Assembly: GCA_947627225.1 (NCBI GenBank)
Contig: CANQVB010000002.1
Span: forward strand, 1 to 56,040
DNA from: an uncultured Bacilli bacterium
GTDB lineage: Bacteria > Bacillota_I > Bacilli_A > RF39 > UBA660
DNA: 56,040 nucleotides
Direction: 5' to 3'
Shown here piece by piece: positions 27,217 through 38,061 of the stretch (its first letter is position 1; each line of letters begins with the position of its first letter). Position numbers and translations under genes: made by a program. The notes beneath the pieces are model-generated. The model searched no databases. It saw only the letters and a program-made list of their open reading frames with translations, and was not told the DNA's origin.

Positions 27217-27756
27217 ATGAACCGCCTAAAAGAAAAATACTTGCAGGAAGTTGTTCCAAGTTTACAAGAAAAATATAATTATAAGTCAAAAATGGAAGTA
27301 CCAAAACTTGAAAAAATCGTAATCAATATGGGAGTAGGAGATGCAACTACAAATTCTAAATTACTAGATGCTGCTGTCGCAGATCTTACTAAAATTGCAG
27401 GACAAAAGCCAATCATTACCAAAGCAAAAAAATCAATCGCAGGATTTAAGGTAAGAGAAGGACAATCCATTGGATGTAAAGTAACCCTACGAGGTGAAAA
27501 CATGTATACATTCATGGATAAGTTGATTGCAATTGCACTTCCACGTGTTCGTGACTTTAGAGGAGTAAGCCCTAAAGCCTTTGATGGACGTGGAAACTAT
27601 ACAATGGGAATCAAGGAACAATTGATTTTCTCAGAAATTGATTATGATGATGTTGTCAAAGTACGTGGTATGGATATTGTTTTCGTAACAACTGCGAAGA
27701 CAAATGAAGAAGCACATGACTTATTAGCAGGACTTGGAATTCCTTTTAGAAAGTAA
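27217..27756 (+). CDS. rplE: 50S ribosomal protein L5
   Basis: MNRLKEKY...VINMGVGDA. Confidence 0.97.
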   Translation: MNRLKEKYLQEVVPSLQEKYNYKSKMEVPKLEKIVINMGVGDATTNSKLLDAAVADLTKIAGQKPIITKAKKSIAGFKVREGQSIGCKVTLRGENMYTFMDKLIAIALPRVRDFRGVSPKAFDGRGNYTMGIKEQLIFSEIDYDDVVKVRGMDIVFVTTAKTNEEAHDLLAGLGIPFRK

Positions 27757-27768
27757 TTGGAGGATAAA

Positions 27769-27954
27769 ATGGCAAAGAAAAGTATGATTGTAAAAGCAAA
27801 TCGCAAACCAAAATACAAAGTACGTGCATATACGCGTTGTGCCAGATGTGGACGTCCACATGCTGTCATGAGTAAGTTCGGAATTTGTCGTATTTGTTTT
27901 CGCGAATTAGCTTATAAAGGACAAATACCAGGAATTAAAAAATCAAGCTGGTAG
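27769..27954 (+). CDS. rpsZ: 30S ribosomal protein S14, type Z (zinc-binding, 61 aa)
   Basis: CARCGRPH...CRICFRE. Start at ATG 27769 behind GGAGG. Confidence 0.95.
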   Translation: MAKKSMIVKANRKPKYKVRAYTRCARCGRPHAVMSKFGICRICFRELAYKGQIPGIKKSSW

Positions 27955-27974
27955 GAAGAAAGGAGAAACAAAAG

Positions 27975-28376
27975 ATGGCTGTAGTAACGGATACCATTGC
28001 AGATATGTTAACACGTATCAGAAATGCAAATCAAATGCGTTATACTGAAGTAGTCGTACCTTCTTCAAAATTAAAGCTTGAATTAGCAAGAATCTTAAAA
28101 GAAGAAGGGTTTATCGTAGACTACAAATTAGAAAAAAACGATGCCCAAGGAACGATTCTTTTAACCTTAAAATATGGGGATAAGAAAGAAAGAGTTATCA
28201 CTGGACTTAAAAGAATCTCAAAACCTGGTCTTCGTGTTTATGTAAAGAATACAGAAATTCCAAAAGTACGGAATGGACTTGGAATTGCAATTCTTTCAAC
28301 ATCAAAGGGCATTATGACAGACAAAGAAGCCCGCAAACAAAATGTAGGTGGAGAAGTACTCGCATACATTTGGTAG
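27975..28376 (+). CDS. rpsH: 30S ribosomal protein S8
   Basis: [13 protein letters not shown]. Confidence 0.97.
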   Translation: MAVVTDTIADMLTRIRNANQMRYTEVVVPSSKLKLELARILKEEGFIVDYKLEKNDAQGTILLTLKYGDKKERVITGLKRISKPGLRVYVKNTEIPKVRNGLGIAILSTSKGIMTDKEARKQNVGGEVLAYIW

Positions 28377-28394
28377 TTTAAGGAGGAAAGCAAA

Positions 28395-28925
28395 ATGAGC
28401 CGTATAGGATATCGTAAAATTGAAGTTCCCGCAGGCGTTACCGTAGAACTTGTAGAAAATACAGTGAAAGTAACGGGCCCAAAGGGAAGCTTATCTCATG
28501 TCATGCTAAAAGGAATTAGTATGAAGCAAGAGGAAAATAGTATTACTCTTGATCGAGAGAACGACGCAGCGAAAGCAATGCATGGAACCATGAATGCACT
28601 TCTTCAAAATATGATTATAGGGGTCACGAAAGGCTATGAAAAAAGTCTTGAAATCGTGGGTGTTGGATATCGTTTCAATGTCCAAGGAAGACGCCTTGTA
28701 ATCAATGCTGGATATTCTCATCCTGTAGAACTCCAAATTCCAGAAGGACTTTCTGTAGAAGCACCTAGCAATACAGAAATTACAATCAAAGGAATTGATA
28801 AAGTGCTTGTTGGTGAATTTGCTGCAAATGTTCGAAAGGTTAGAAAACCTGAACCTTACAAAGGAAAAGGAATTCGCTACAAAGATGAACACATCAGACG
28901 TAAAGAAGGAAAGAAAGCTGCTTAA
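28395..28925 (+). CDS. rplF: 50S ribosomal protein L6
   Basis: MSRIGYRKIEVPAGV. Confidence 0.96.
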   Translation: MSRIGYRKIEVPAGVTVELVENTVKVTGPKGSLSHVMLKGISMKQEENSITLDRENDAAKAMHGTMNALLQNMIIGVTKGYEKSLEIVGVGYRFNVQGRRLVINAGYSHPVELQIPEGLSVEAPSNTEITIKGIDKVLVGEFAANVRKVRKPEPYKGKGIRYKDEHIRRKEGKKAA

Positions 28926-28945
28926 GGTAGGAAGGAGAAGAGAAT

Positions 28946-29308
28946 ATGATTCAAAAAAAGTCAAGAAACAGTATGCGTCGTATTCGTCATGAAAGAATCA
29001 GACGTACGATGCAGGGAACCGAAGCCGTACCAAGACTTTGTGTGTTCCGTTCAAACACAGGAATTTATGCCCAAATCATTGATGATACTGCGGCAAAAAC
29101 ACTTTGTTCTGCTTCCTCATTAGACAAAGAATTGAAACTTAAAAATGGAAGTAATGTAGAAGCAGCCAAAAAAGTTGGTGAATTAGTTGCGAAACGCGCT
29201 AAAGAAGCTGGCATTCAAAAAATCGTATTTGATAGAGGTGGATATCTTTATCATGGTCGCGTAAAAGCATTAGCAGATGCTGCACGTGAAAATGGATTAG
29301 AGTTCTAA
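28946..29308 (+). CDS. rplR: 50S ribosomal protein L18
   Basis: [18 protein letters not shown]; [16 protein letters not shown]. Confidence 0.96.
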   Translation: MIQKKSRNSMRRIRHERIRRTMQGTEAVPRLCVFRSNTGIYAQIIDDTAAKTLCSASSLDKELKLKNGSNVEAAKKVGELVAKRAKEAGIQKIVFDRGGYLYHGRVKALADAARENGLEF

Positions 29309-29319
29309 AGGAGGGTATT

Positions 29320-29826
29320 ATGGAAAAAAATCGAAACCCAAAAGAGAAACAATTCGAAGAATTAGTCGTTGAAATCAAAAGCGTTGTCAAAGTCAACAAG
29401 GGTGGTCGTCAACGTCGTTTCCAAGCAGTTGTTGTTATTGGGGATAGAAAAGGACGCGTTGGATTAGGAATCGGAAAAGCTTCTGAAGTTCCTGATGCAA
29501 TCAAAAAAGCAATTCAAGATGCGGAAAAGAATGTGATTAAAATCTCTCTTATTGATGGTAGAACAGTTGCCCATGAGGCAGTTGGACGCAAAGGTGCTGC
29601 CCGTGTTATCATAAAACCTGCGAAAGCTGGTACTGGTGTGATTGCTGGTGGTAGTGTTCGTGCAATTCTAGAACTTGCAGGAGTTCGTGATATTGTTTCA
29701 AAATCATTAGGTGCAAGAACAAAAATCAATATGGCTACTGCCACACTAGAAGCACTTAAATCAATTAAAACTCCAGAAGAAGTTGCCCGTCTTCGTGGAA
29801 AAACAAAAGAGGAGATATTAGGATAA
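29320..29826 (+). CDS. rpsE: 30S ribosomal protein S5
   Basis: [21 protein letters not shown]. Confidence 0.97.
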   Translation: MEKNRNPKEKQFEELVVEIKSVVKVNKGGRQRRFQAVVVIGDRKGRVGLGIGKASEVPDAIKKAIQDAEKNVIKISLIDGRTVAHEAVGRKGAARVIIKPAKAGTGVIAGGSVRAILELAGVRDIVSKSLGARTKINMATATLEALKSIKTPEEVARLRGKTKEEILG

Positions 29827-30269
29827 TGAAGTTACATGAATTAGAAAAAAATCCTGGCGCAACCAAAGAACGTCGTCGCGTTGGACGTGGACCAGGAAGT
29901 GGACTTGGAAAAACAAGTGGTAAAGGGCAAAAAGGGCAAAAGGCAAGAAGTGGTGCTTCTATCAATCCAGTTTTTGAAGGAGGACAATTACCACTTTATC
30001 GTCGCTTACCAAAAAGAGGATTTAGTAATGCAATTTTCAAAAAGGAGTATGCTGTAATCAATGTATCTGATTTAAACCGTTTTGAAAATGGAACAGTTAT
30101 TACACCAGCATTATTAAAAGAAACTGGAATGATTAAAAAACAACTTTCTGGAATTAAGGTACTTGGAGGAGGAACTTTAGAGAAAAAAGTAACGATTCAA
30201 GCCCAAAAATTTTCAGAAAGTGCACTAGAAAAGATTAAAGAGAGCGGAAGCAAAGCTGAGGTGATCTAA
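29826..30269 (+). CDS. rplO: 50S ribosomal protein L15
   Basis: [21 protein letters not shown]. Its start overlaps the rpsE stop (TAATG), so no rpmD lies in between. Confidence 0.96.
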   Translation: MKLHELEKNPGATKERRRVGRGPGSGLGKTSGKGQKGQKARSGASINPVFEGGQLPLYRRLPKRGFSNAIFKKEYAVINVSDLNRFENGTVITPALLKETGMIKKQLSGIKVLGGGTLEKKVTIQAQKFSESALEKIKESGSKAEVI

Positions 30270-30270
30270 G

Positions 30271-31536
30271 ATGTTTTCTACGATAAAGCAAATATTCGCG
30301 CCAACCAATCAGGATTTAAGAAAGCGAATTCGCTTTACTCTAGTTGCTCTTGCTATCTTTATTATAGGAACTGGAATCAGAGTTCCTGGAACACAAGATA
30401 TTACGAGCAACCTTGGATTTTTAGAGCTTATGAACTCTATGGGTGGAGGTGCTTTGAAAAGATTTTCAATCTTTGCACTTGGTGTGATGCCATATATCAC
30501 GGCAACCATTGTCATGCAACTTTTACAAGAAGTGGTACCATCCATCAATGAAATGAGTAAGCAAGGACACGTCGGAAGACAAAAAATCAATCAAATCTCA
30601 AGATTCATGGGACTGTTGTTTGCTTTCATCGAAGGGTATGCCTTTTCATTTCTCTTCCTTGGAAACACAGCAAACCCAGCAGAATACTTATACATTACAA
30701 CCATCTTAACAGCAGGAACTGCATTCTTGTTATGGTTAGGAGATCAAATTACACAAAAAGGAATTGGAAATGGACTCAGCTTGATTATCATGGCAGGAAT
30801 CATCGCAACTCTTCCACAAATGTTTATTGATGCATTTAATGGTTTGGTTGTCTTTGATACAGCACAGACCATTACACTTGGAATTGTGAAATTCATTCTC
30901 TTCGTACTGGTTTATTTCTTAATTATCATAGGTGTTATCTATGTCCAAGAAGCAGAGAGAAGAATTCCCATTCAGTATGCAAACAAATCCACAAGTGCTT
31001 ATGGAAAAGCTGCAAGCTTTATGCCAATTAAAGTCAATGCCGCAGGTGTGATTCCTGTTATCTTTGCATCCAGCCTAATTTCTGTCCCAGGAATTATTGC
31101 GCAAGTCATCAATAACGAAGGATTCACATTGTTCGTTCAAAAATACTTGACCTATACAACCCCTGTTGGATTCTTGATTTATGCAATCTTCATTTTCTTA
31201 TTTGGTTATTTCTATACATTCATGTATTTAAAACCAGAAGAGTTTTCGAAAAACTTACAAGAAAATGGTGGCTATATCCCAGGAATTAGACCAGGTGCAG
31301 ATACGAAAAAATACTTGAGTAAAATCCTAGCAAGACTTACGATTCTTGGAGGAATCTTCTTAGTGATTATTGCAGGACTACCCATTGTATTTTCAAGTCT
31401 TACGGATTTACCAACCACTGTATCGATTGGAGGTACTGGACTTTTAATCGTCGTTGGTGTTGCACTGGAGACGTATAAGCAATTGGAAGGAAGTCTACTT
31501 TCCAGAAATTATAAAAAGGGTTATAAGAGAAGATGA
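30271..31536 (+). CDS. secY: Preprotein translocase subunit SecY
   Basis: 421 aa, 10 TM. GVMPYITATIVMQLL. Confidence 0.96.
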   Translation: MFSTIKQIFAPTNQDLRKRIRFTLVALAIFIIGTGIRVPGTQDITSNLGFLELMNSMGGGALKRFSIFALGVMPYITATIVMQLLQEVVPSINEMSKQGHVGRQKINQISRFMGLLFAFIEGYAFSFLFLGNTANPAEYLYITTILTAGTAFLLWLGDQITQKGIGNGLSLIIMAGIIATLPQMFIDAFNGLVVFDTAQTITLGIVKFILFVLVYFLIIIGVIYVQEAERRIPIQYANKSTSAYGKAASFMPIKVNAAGVIPVIFASSLISVPGIIAQVINNEGFTLFVQKYLTYTTPVGFLIYAIFIFLFGYFYTFMYLKPEEFSKNLQENGGYIPGIRPGADTKKYLSKILARLTILGGIFLVIIAGLPIVFSSLTDLPTTVSIGGTGLLIVVGVALETYKQLEGSLLSRNYKKGYKRR

Positions 31537-32192
31537 AAAATATCATAATGATAGCACCCCCAGCAGCGGGGAAAGGAACACAGTCTAATCTTGTTGCAAC
31601 CAAGTACCATATTCCTCATATTTCAACAGGTGATATCTTACGTGAAGTTATGAAGGAAGATAGTGAGATTGGGGAATATGTACTTGAGACAGTCACGAGT
31701 GGTGGACTTGTGAAAGATGAAATTATGTATACATTAATAGAAAAACGCTTAAGTGAAGCAGATTGCGAAAATGGCTACATCTTGGATGGATTTCCAAGAA
31801 ATGTAGAACAAGCCAAGAAGTATGATGAAATACTGGGACGTTTAAATCAAACATTAGGGTATGTAATTGTACTGGATATTGATGAAAAATTACTTGCAAA
31901 ACGAGTAACAGGACGAAGAATCTGTGAAAATTGTAATGCCGTTTATAATATTAATGTAGAAAGCGAAACACCAGAAGTAGAATCCGTATGTGATGTTTGT
32001 GGTGGAAGACTTTACCAAAGAAATGATGACAATTTAGAAGCCTTCCAAAATCGATATCAAGTCTATCTTGAAAAGACAAAACCACTTCTTGCATATTATG
32101 AAGAAAAAAAGAAAGTTTATCGCGTAGATGGTTCATTATCTGTCGATGAGATTTTCAAAGAAATTACGAAAATTTTGGAGGGAAATCAATGA
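31533..32192 (+). CDS. adk: Adenylate kinase (zinc LID type)
   Basis: P-loop APPAAGKGTQ, GFPRN, LID CENC...CDVCGG. Confidence 0.93.
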   Translation: MKNIIMIAPPAAGKGTQSNLVATKYHIPHISTGDILREVMKEDSEIGEYVLETVTSGGLVKDEIMYTLIEKRLSEADCENGYILDGFPRNVEQAKKYDEILGRLNQTLGYVIVLDIDEKLLAKRVTGRRICENCNAVYNINVESETPEVESVCDVCGGRLYQRNDDNLEAFQNRYQVYLEKTKPLLAYYEEKKKVYRVDGSLSVDEIFKEITKILEGNQ

Positions 32193-32938
32193 TTACAATT
32201 AAAAGTGAACGTGAAATTGCACTTTTAAGAAAAGCAGGTAAAATTGTTTATGAAACACATCAATATTTAAAGCCATTGATTCAAGAAGGAATGACAACGA
32301 AGGAATTAGATGCTTTAGGGGAGGCCTTTATTAGAAAACAAGGTGCGACACCTTCTTTCAAAGGATATGAGGGATTTCCCAATGCACTTTGTATTAGTGT
32401 AAATGAGGAAGTTGTTCATGGAATCCCAAGTGATTATGTCCTTCAAAATGGTGATATCGTAACACTCGATATTGGAGCTTGTTATCATGGATATCATGGT
32501 GATTCTGCTTGGAGTTATCCTGTGGGAAATATTTCTAAAGAAAATCAAGCACTTTTAAAGGATACAGAACAAGCACTTTATGAAGGCTTGAAAAGTATTC
32601 ATGAAGGCGCACATATTGGAGATATTGGAGAAGCAGTAGAAAGATATGCGACCTCCCATCACTTAGGTGTTGTGAAAGAATTAGTAGGACATGGTGTTGG
32701 AACTTCTGTACATGAAGATCCTGATGTTCCTAATTATGGAAAGAAAGGAACCGGTCCCAAATTAAAAAAAGGCATGGTGATTGCTGTTGAACCTATGCTG
32801 ACACTTGGAAGTCCAGACATTTATATGGATGCTGAAAATAACTGGACCATAATAACAGACGATGGACGTGCATCCGCACATTTTGAACATACTGTAGTTG
32901 TGACAGAAAATGGATGCGAAATACTAACAGGAGAGTGA
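32189..32938 (+). CDS. map: Methionine aminopeptidase type I
   Basis: 249 aa. VVHGIP, DIGA, GHGVG, EP, EHTV metal-ligand pattern. Confidence 0.94.
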   Translation: MITIKSEREIALLRKAGKIVYETHQYLKPLIQEGMTTKELDALGEAFIRKQGATPSFKGYEGFPNALCISVNEEVVHGIPSDYVLQNGDIVTLDIGACYHGYHGDSAWSYPVGNISKENQALLKDTEQALYEGLKSIHEGAHIGDIGEAVERYATSHHLGVVKELVGHGVGTSVHEDPDVPNYGKKGTGPKLKKGMVIAVEPMLTLGSPDIYMDAENNWTIITDDGRASAHFEHTVVVTENGCEILTGE

Positions 32939-32942
32939 AAAG

Positions 32943-33158
32943 ATGGCGAAAGATGATGTAATTGAAATCGAAGGAAAAGTCCTTGAGATTATTCCAGGCG
33001 GTAAATTCAAAGTAGAACTTGAAAATGGACACATTGTGGAAGCTCACGTTTCTGGTAAAATACGAATGAACTACATTCGCATTCTACCGGGGGATACCGT
33101 AATGATTGAATTATCGCCATATGATTTAACACGTGGGCGTATTACCTATCGAAAATGA
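32943..33158 (+). CDS. infA: Translation initiation factor IF-1
   Basis: [13 protein letters not shown]...[14 protein letters not shown]. Confidence 0.96.
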   Translation: MAKDDVIEIEGKVLEIIPGGKFKVELENGHIVEAHVSGKIRMNYIRILPGDTVMIELSPYDLTRGRITYRK

Positions 33159-33172
33159 AAGGAAGATAAGAT

Positions 33173-33286
33173 ATGAAAGTAAAAGCAAGTGTAAAACCGA
33201 TTTGCGAAAAATGCAAGATCATCAAACGAAAAGGCAAAATTATGGTGATTTGTGAAAATCCAAAACACAAACAAAGACAAGGTTAA
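33173..33286 (+). CDS. rpmJ: 50S ribosomal protein L36
   Basis: Not in the ORF track (37 aa). [37 protein letters not shown], translated by hand. Confidence 0.93.
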   Translation: MKVKASVKPICEKCKIIKRKGKIMVICENPKHKQRQG

Positions 33287-33302
33287 AAGGAGGTAGATGA
33301 AA

Positions 33303-33671
33303 ATGGTACGAATTAAGGGTGTCGATATTCCAAGCGAGAAACATGTTTGTATTGCACTTACAAGTATCTATGGAATTGGACGAAATCTTGCAAAAACAAT
33401 TTGTAAAGATGCAAAAGTAGATCCATGCAAAAAAGCAGGAGAACTTACACAAGAAGAACAAGTTCGTCTTCGTGATGAAGTGAACAAGTATCTTACAGAA
33501 GGAGACTTACGTCGTGATGTAAGCATGAACATCAAGACAAAGATGGAAATCAATTCTTATGAAGGAACGCGTCATAAAAAAGGACTTCCTGTAAGAGGAC
33601 AAAGAACAAATCGTAACGCACGGACTCGTAAAGGTCGTGGAAAAATCGTTGCAAATAAGAAGAAAGCTTAG
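33303..33671 (+). CDS. rpsM: 30S ribosomal protein S13
   Basis: MVRIKGVDIP. ATG 33303 preferred over 33297 for RBS spacing. Confidence 0.95.
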   Translation: MVRIKGVDIPSEKHVCIALTSIYGIGRNLAKTICKDAKVDPCKKAGELTQEEQVRLRDEVNKYLTEGDLRRDVSMNIKTKMEINSYEGTRHKKGLPVRGQRTNRNARTRKGRGKIVANKKKA

Positions 33672-33690
33672 TGGAAAAGGAGGTTAAAGT

Positions 33691-34074
33691 ATGGCTTATA
33701 AGACAAGAAAAAGAAAAGTAAAAAAGAACGTACCTGAAGGAATTGCTCACATTCATTCCACGTTTAACAATACGATTACAACCATTACAGATAAAGATGG
33801 AAATACAATCAGTTGGGCATCTAGTGGTGCGATTGGATTTAAAGGAAGTAAGAAGTCAACACCGTTTGCAGCAGGAATGGCTGCAGAAAGCGCAGGAAAA
33901 GCAGCCTATGATCTTGGAATGCGTAAAGTAGAAGTTTATGTAAAAGGATTAGGACCTGGACGTGAAACCGCAATTAGATCATTACAAACAGCTGGATTGG
34001 AAATAACAGCAATCAATGATGTTACACCAATTCCACACAATGGATGTCGTCCACCAAAACGCCCACGTGGCTAA
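33691..34074 (+). CDS. rpsK: 30S ribosomal protein S11
   Basis: [13 protein letters not shown]; [12 protein letters not shown]. Confidence 0.97.
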   Translation: MAYKTRKRKVKKNVPEGIAHIHSTFNNTITTITDKDGNTISWASSGAIGFKGSKKSTPFAAGMAAESAGKAAYDLGMRKVEVYVKGLGPGRETAIRSLQTAGLEITAINDVTPIPHNGCRPPKRPRG

Positions 34075-34095
34075 TTTATAAGGGAGGTTAGTTTC

Positions 34096-35046
34096 ATGTT
34101 ACAATTTGAAAAACCAGTTTACAAAATAACGGATTATGTAGAGAATAATTTTTATGGAAAGTTCGAATTAGAACCATTAGAAAGAGGATTTGGTACGACT
34201 TTAGGAAATGCCCTTCGTCGTGTTATGCTATCTTCTTTACCAGGAAGTGCAATTTCAAGTGTTAAGATTGAAGGTGTACTTCATGAATTTCAAACACTGG
34301 ATGGTGTTGTAGAAGATGTAACAACAATTATCTTAAATTTAAAGGGTGTTGTTGTTAAAAATCATTCTGAAGAAAGTAAGACCATTCGCCTATCCGCATC
34401 CAAGGAAGGTGTTGTTACGGCGGGAGATATTGAGACAGATTCTGATGTTGAAATCATCAATAAGGACCATGTTATTGCAACACTTGCTAAGGGTGGAAAA
34501 CTAGAGATGGAAATGACCGTTACCAATGGTCGTGGTTATGTAAGAAGCGAAGAAATTAAAAGAATGCTTGATAACAAAAAAGTTGGAGTCATTGCTATGG
34601 ATGCTCTTTATTCTCCAATTGAGCGAATCTCTCATGAAGTAGAAAGTGCCCGTGTTGGACAGAATGAAAACTATGATAAGTTAGTGATGGAAGTATATAC
34701 CAATGGTGCAATTAAACCAGAAGAAGCGATTGCTCTTGCTTCTCGCATCTTGATTGAACATTTCTCTTTATTAACAAACTTAAGTAGTATTGCAGATGTA
34801 AGTGGAATGATGATTGAGAAAACAGAAGATCCAAAAGTAAAAGCACTAGAGACTTCCATTGAAGATTTGGACTTTTCAGTTCGTGCTTACAACTGTTTAA
34901 AACGAGCAGGAATTCATACATTACAAGACTTAGTCAATAAGAGTGAAAATGATATGATGAAAATTCGCAACTTAGGAAAGAAATCACTCAAAGAAGTATT
35001 AGACAAAATCAGAGAATTAGGCCTTGTCCTAAGAGATGATGATTAG
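34096..35046 (+). CDS. rpoA: DNA-directed RNA polymerase subunit alpha
   Basis: 316 aa. ERGFGTTLGNALRRVMLSSLPG. C-terminal domain LDFSVRAYNCLKRAGI. Confidence 0.97.
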   Translation: MLQFEKPVYKITDYVENNFYGKFELEPLERGFGTTLGNALRRVMLSSLPGSAISSVKIEGVLHEFQTLDGVVEDVTTIILNLKGVVVKNHSEESKTIRLSASKEGVVTAGDIETDSDVEIINKDHVIATLAKGGKLEMEMTVTNGRGYVRSEEIKRMLDNKKVGVIAMDALYSPIERISHEVESARVGQNENYDKLVMEVYTNGAIKPEEAIALASRILIEHFSLLTNLSSIADVSGMMIEKTEDPKVKALETSIEDLDFSVRAYNCLKRAGIHTLQDLVNKSENDMMKIRNLGKKSLKEVLDKIRELGLVLRDDD

Positions 35047-35059
35047 AAGGAGGTAAATG

Positions 35060-35425
35060 ATGCCATATAGAAAATTAGGTGTAGACAATAAACATCGTAG
35101 AAGTATGCTTGCAACCCTTACAAAGCAAGTCATCATGAACGAAAGCATTACAACGACAGAAACACGTGCGAAGGAAGTTCGTAAGTTTGTTGATAAAATG
35201 ATTACCTATGGAAAAGATGGAAGCTTAGGTGCACGTCGTAGAGCCCTTGCTTTTGTACACAATGACAAAGAAGTGGTAAATAAAGTATTTAACGATTTAG
35301 CTGTTCGCTATGCCAAGCGAAATGGTGGGTATACCCAAATTTTGAAGTTACAAGAACGTCGTGGAGATGATGCTTTGATGGTAATCTTAAAATTAGTAGA
35401 AGAGGGAAAGGAAGCTAGTAAATAA
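35060..35425 (+). CDS. rplQ: 50S ribosomal protein L17
   Basis: [20 protein letters not shown] 35060 preferred over 35057. Confidence 0.95.
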   Translation: MPYRKLGVDNKHRRSMLATLTKQVIMNESITTTETRAKEVRKFVDKMITYGKDGSLGARRRALAFVHNDKEVVNKVFNDLAVRYAKRNGGYTQILKLQERRGDDALMVILKLVEEGKEASK

Positions 35426-35438
35426 GCTTCCCTTTTTT
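35410..35438 (+). terminator. Rho-independent terminator of the ribosomal cluster
   Basis: GGAAGCT-8 nt-AGCTTCC, then C and T6. The rplQ stop lies in the loop. Confidence 0.75.
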
Positions 35439-35473
35439 AAAGATGAATTTTATGAAGAATATAAGAATCATGA

Positions 35474-35500
35474 AAATTTGCAACAGCTTGTTGCAAATTT
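35474..35500. other. Perfect 12-bp hairpin / near-palindrome
   Basis: AAATTTGCAACA-GCT-TGTTGCAAATTT. On the minus strand it is followed by TTTT. Confidence 0.6.
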
Positions 35501-35505
35501 ACCAA

Positions 35506-35543
35506 GAAAAAGGTGTGTTCGTTTTTAAACTTACACACTTTTT
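35506..35543. terminator. Bidirectional terminator
   Basis: A-run, GTGTGT-14 nt-ACACAC, T5. Sits between convergent rplQ and the N/Q-rich gene. Confidence 0.6.
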
Positions 35544-35575
35544 GATATACCAATAAATGTTATTGTACTAAGTAC

Positions 35576-36466
35576 CTATCTATCGTCACGAAGAGTTTTT
35601 ATCATTGCATCAATAGTATCTTCCATTTCTTTTTGATTATTTTCATTTGCTTCTTCGTTTATAAAACCAATTAACTGAAAAATGGTATCCTCTTTTTTAA
35701 ACGTGTATCCTTTCATCGGTAAATTTAATCTGGTTCCATCATCGTATTCTGATATTATATGTCCTTTAATTTCTAATATGCTAGTTTCATTTACTTTCAT
35801 TTCTTTTGTTTCTTCTACAGATATTGAAGCACACGTTCCTTCAATGTGGGTTCGGGTTATATACTTGAACTTTTCCAATAATTGCATAGGGATATCTTTT
35901 AATTCTGCGTTTTTTTCTTCTCTACTATATGCAATTACATATTTACTATTTTTAAATATTTGAGAAGTACCTTCTTCTATAGATTTTAAATTCGGATAAT
36001 CAAATGCTACTGGTTTACTAGGATCTTTAAAAGTATATACTAAGTCAATATTATTAGTTTTATTATCATCATTATTTACTTCATTCGAGTTTTCATTATT
36101 ATTGTTTAAATTCTCATTAATATTTGCATTTGGGTTATTGTTACTATCTTTTTTATCTTGATTCATAACAAAATATAAAATTATTCCTGCAACAATGATT
36201 AATAGAATAGCTCCTATTATTATGAATAATTTATTATTTTTCTTAGGAGGCTCAAAATTTAAGTTATTATTAATTGGTTGTTGATCATTTGTATCAACTT
36301 GTGGTTGACTATTCAATGTTGGTTGATTCACATTTACATTTTGATTAACTGTGTTATTTAAACCTTGATTGTTTTGTAATGGTTGATGATTAGGTATACC
36401 ATTATTCCCTTGTGTATTCAAATTATTTTGATTTAAGTTATTTTGTTCTTGATTCATTGTATTCAC
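35576..36466 (-). CDS. N/Q-rich single-pass membrane protein, unknown function
   Basis: 296 aa. About 80-aa Asn/Gln-rich N-terminus, TM LFIIIGAILLIIVAGIILYFV, an Asn-rich linker and a C-terminal domain of about 150 aa. Markedly more AT-rich than its neighbours. Confidence 0.6.
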   Translation of the reverse strand: MNTMNQEQNNLNQNNLNTQGNNGIPNHQPLQNNQGLNNTVNQNVNVNQPTLNSQPQVDTNDQQPINNNLNFEPPKKNNKLFIIIGAILLIIVAGIILYFVMNQDKKDSNNNPNANINENLNNNNENSNEVNNDDNKTNNIDLVYTFKDPSKPVAFDYPNLKSIEEGTSQIFKNSKYVIAYSREEKNAELKDIPMQLLEKFKYITRTHIEGTCASISVEETKEMKVNETSILEIKGHIISEYDDGTRLNLPMKGYTFKKEDTIFQLIGFINEEANENNQKEMEDTIDAMIKTLRDDR

Positions 36467-36634
36467 TACCTTCCTATTATTTATTCTACCATAAGAATAG
36501 TGCTTTTAAGCAATTACTTTCTAAAATATACAAATTTATTGATTAAAAATAAAAAGGAAAGTGCCTAGCGTGCTTTTTTTCTTTTCTAAAATAAGTTATA
36601 ATAAAGAAAAGTCTATGAAAAAGGATGGGATTTT

Positions 36635-38059
36635 ATGAAAAACAAAGCCATTACATCAAGAGATGTTGATTTCGCAAAATGGTATACAGATGTTGTCAAA
36701 GCAGCACATCTTGCAGACTATTCCAATGTAAAGGGATGTACTGTTTTTGAACCAAATGGGTATGCTTTATGGGAAAAGATGCAAACAATCTTAAATCAAA
36801 TGTTCAAAGAAACAGGACATCAAAACGTTTATATGCCCCTTTTAATTCCAGAAAACTTAATGCGAAAAGAAGGAGAGCTCATTCAAGGGTTTGCGCCTGA
36901 AGTTGCTTGGGTTACACAAGGTGGTGAGAAAACGTTAGAAGAACGCTTATGTATCCGACCAACCAGTGAGACCTTATTCAGTGATTACTATAGTAACGTT
37001 GTCAAATCTTATCGTGATTTACCTCTTAAATATAACCAGTGGTGCAACGTAATGCGCTGGGAAAAAGAAACACGTCCTTTCCTAAGAAGTCGTGAATTCT
37101 TATGGCAGGAAGGACATACGGTACATGAAACCAAAGAGGAAGCTGAAGAAGAAACCAGAAAAATGCTATCTATTTATAAAGCGTTTTTTGAAGACTACCT
37201 TGCAATTCCAGTGATTACGGGTAAGAAAACAGAAAAAGAAAAGTTTAAAGGTGCCGAATATACACTTACTGTAGAAGCTTTAATGTATAACGGAATCAGC
37301 TTGCAATCTGCGACATCTCATTATTTTGGACAGAAGTTTTCAAAGGCCTATGATATTTCATTTAAAGATAGAAACAATGAACTTTCCTATTGCTACCAAA
37401 CTTCTTGGGGTGCGACAACACGGATGATTGGTGCTTTAATTATGGTGCATAGTGATGACAATGGTCTCGTTTTACCTCCTAAAATTGCCCCTTGCCAAGT
37501 TGTAATCGTTCCAATTCAAACCTCTTCTTCTGTCATGGAACAGGCAAAAGAAATGAAAAAGATTTTGGAAGAAGTGCAAATAAGCGTCCAAATCGATACA
37601 AGTGAGAAATCAGCAGGCTTCAAATTCGCAGAAGCAGAGGTCAATGGAATTCCCCTTCGTATCGAAATTGGAGAAAGAGATTTAAAAGAGGATAAGGTTG
37701 TCGTGACAAGACGCGATACAAGAGAAAAAAAGGAAGTATCTTTAAATGAAGACATTGCTGGCATCATCAAACAAATGCTAGATGCAATGCAAAATGAGAT
37801 GTTCAAACGAGCCCAAGCAAGACAAGAGGCACTAACATTCACCTGTCACTCTTTAGAAGAAGTGAAAGCGCAAATGGAAAAACAACCTGGATTCATTCAT
37901 GCTATGTGGTGTGGGGAAGAAGCTTGTGAAGCAAAAATGAAAGAAATCAAGGGTACCAAATCCCGTTGTATTTTAGAAGATGGAAAAAGAATAGGTGACT
38001 GCTGTGTTGTTTGTGGAAAAGAAGCAAAGCATCATGTTATTTGGGGAATTCAATATTAA
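36635..38059 (+). CDS. proS: Prolyl-tRNA synthetase, archaeal/eukaryote-like short type
   Basis: 474 aa class II aaRS with no bacterial INS editing domain. C-terminal Cys-rich domain ending in Tyr (WGIQY). Confidence 0.9.
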   Translation: MKNKAITSRDVDFAKWYTDVVKAAHLADYSNVKGCTVFEPNGYALWEKMQTILNQMFKETGHQNVYMPLLIPENLMRKEGELIQGFAPEVAWVTQGGEKTLEERLCIRPTSETLFSDYYSNVVKSYRDLPLKYNQWCNVMRWEKETRPFLRSREFLWQEGHTVHETKEEAEEETRKMLSIYKAFFEDYLAIPVITGKKTEKEKFKGAEYTLTVEALMYNGISLQSATSHYFGQKFSKAYDISFKDRNNELSYCYQTSWGATTRMIGALIMVHSDDNGLVLPPKIAPCQVVIVPIQTSSSVMEQAKEMKKILEEVQISVQIDTSEKSAGFKFAEAEVNGIPLRIEIGERDLKEDKVVVTRRDTREKKEVSLNEDIAGIIKQMLDAMQNEMFKRAQARQEALTFTCHSLEEVKAQMEKQPGFIHAMWCGEEACEAKMKEIKGTKSRCILEDGKRIGDCCVVCGKEAKHHVIWGIQY

Positions 38060-38061
38060 AG

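Noticed and set aside
33743-33931. 62-aa plus-strand ORF inside rpsK, and 28795..28992 across the rplF/rplR junction
   Set aside because: These are alternative frames of conserved ribosomal protein genes with no independent signals.
36551-36585. Possible attenuator or T-box upstream of proS
   Set aside because: There is no GGTACCGC-type T-box core, and the pairing before the T-run needs two wobble pairs. The evidence is insufficient.
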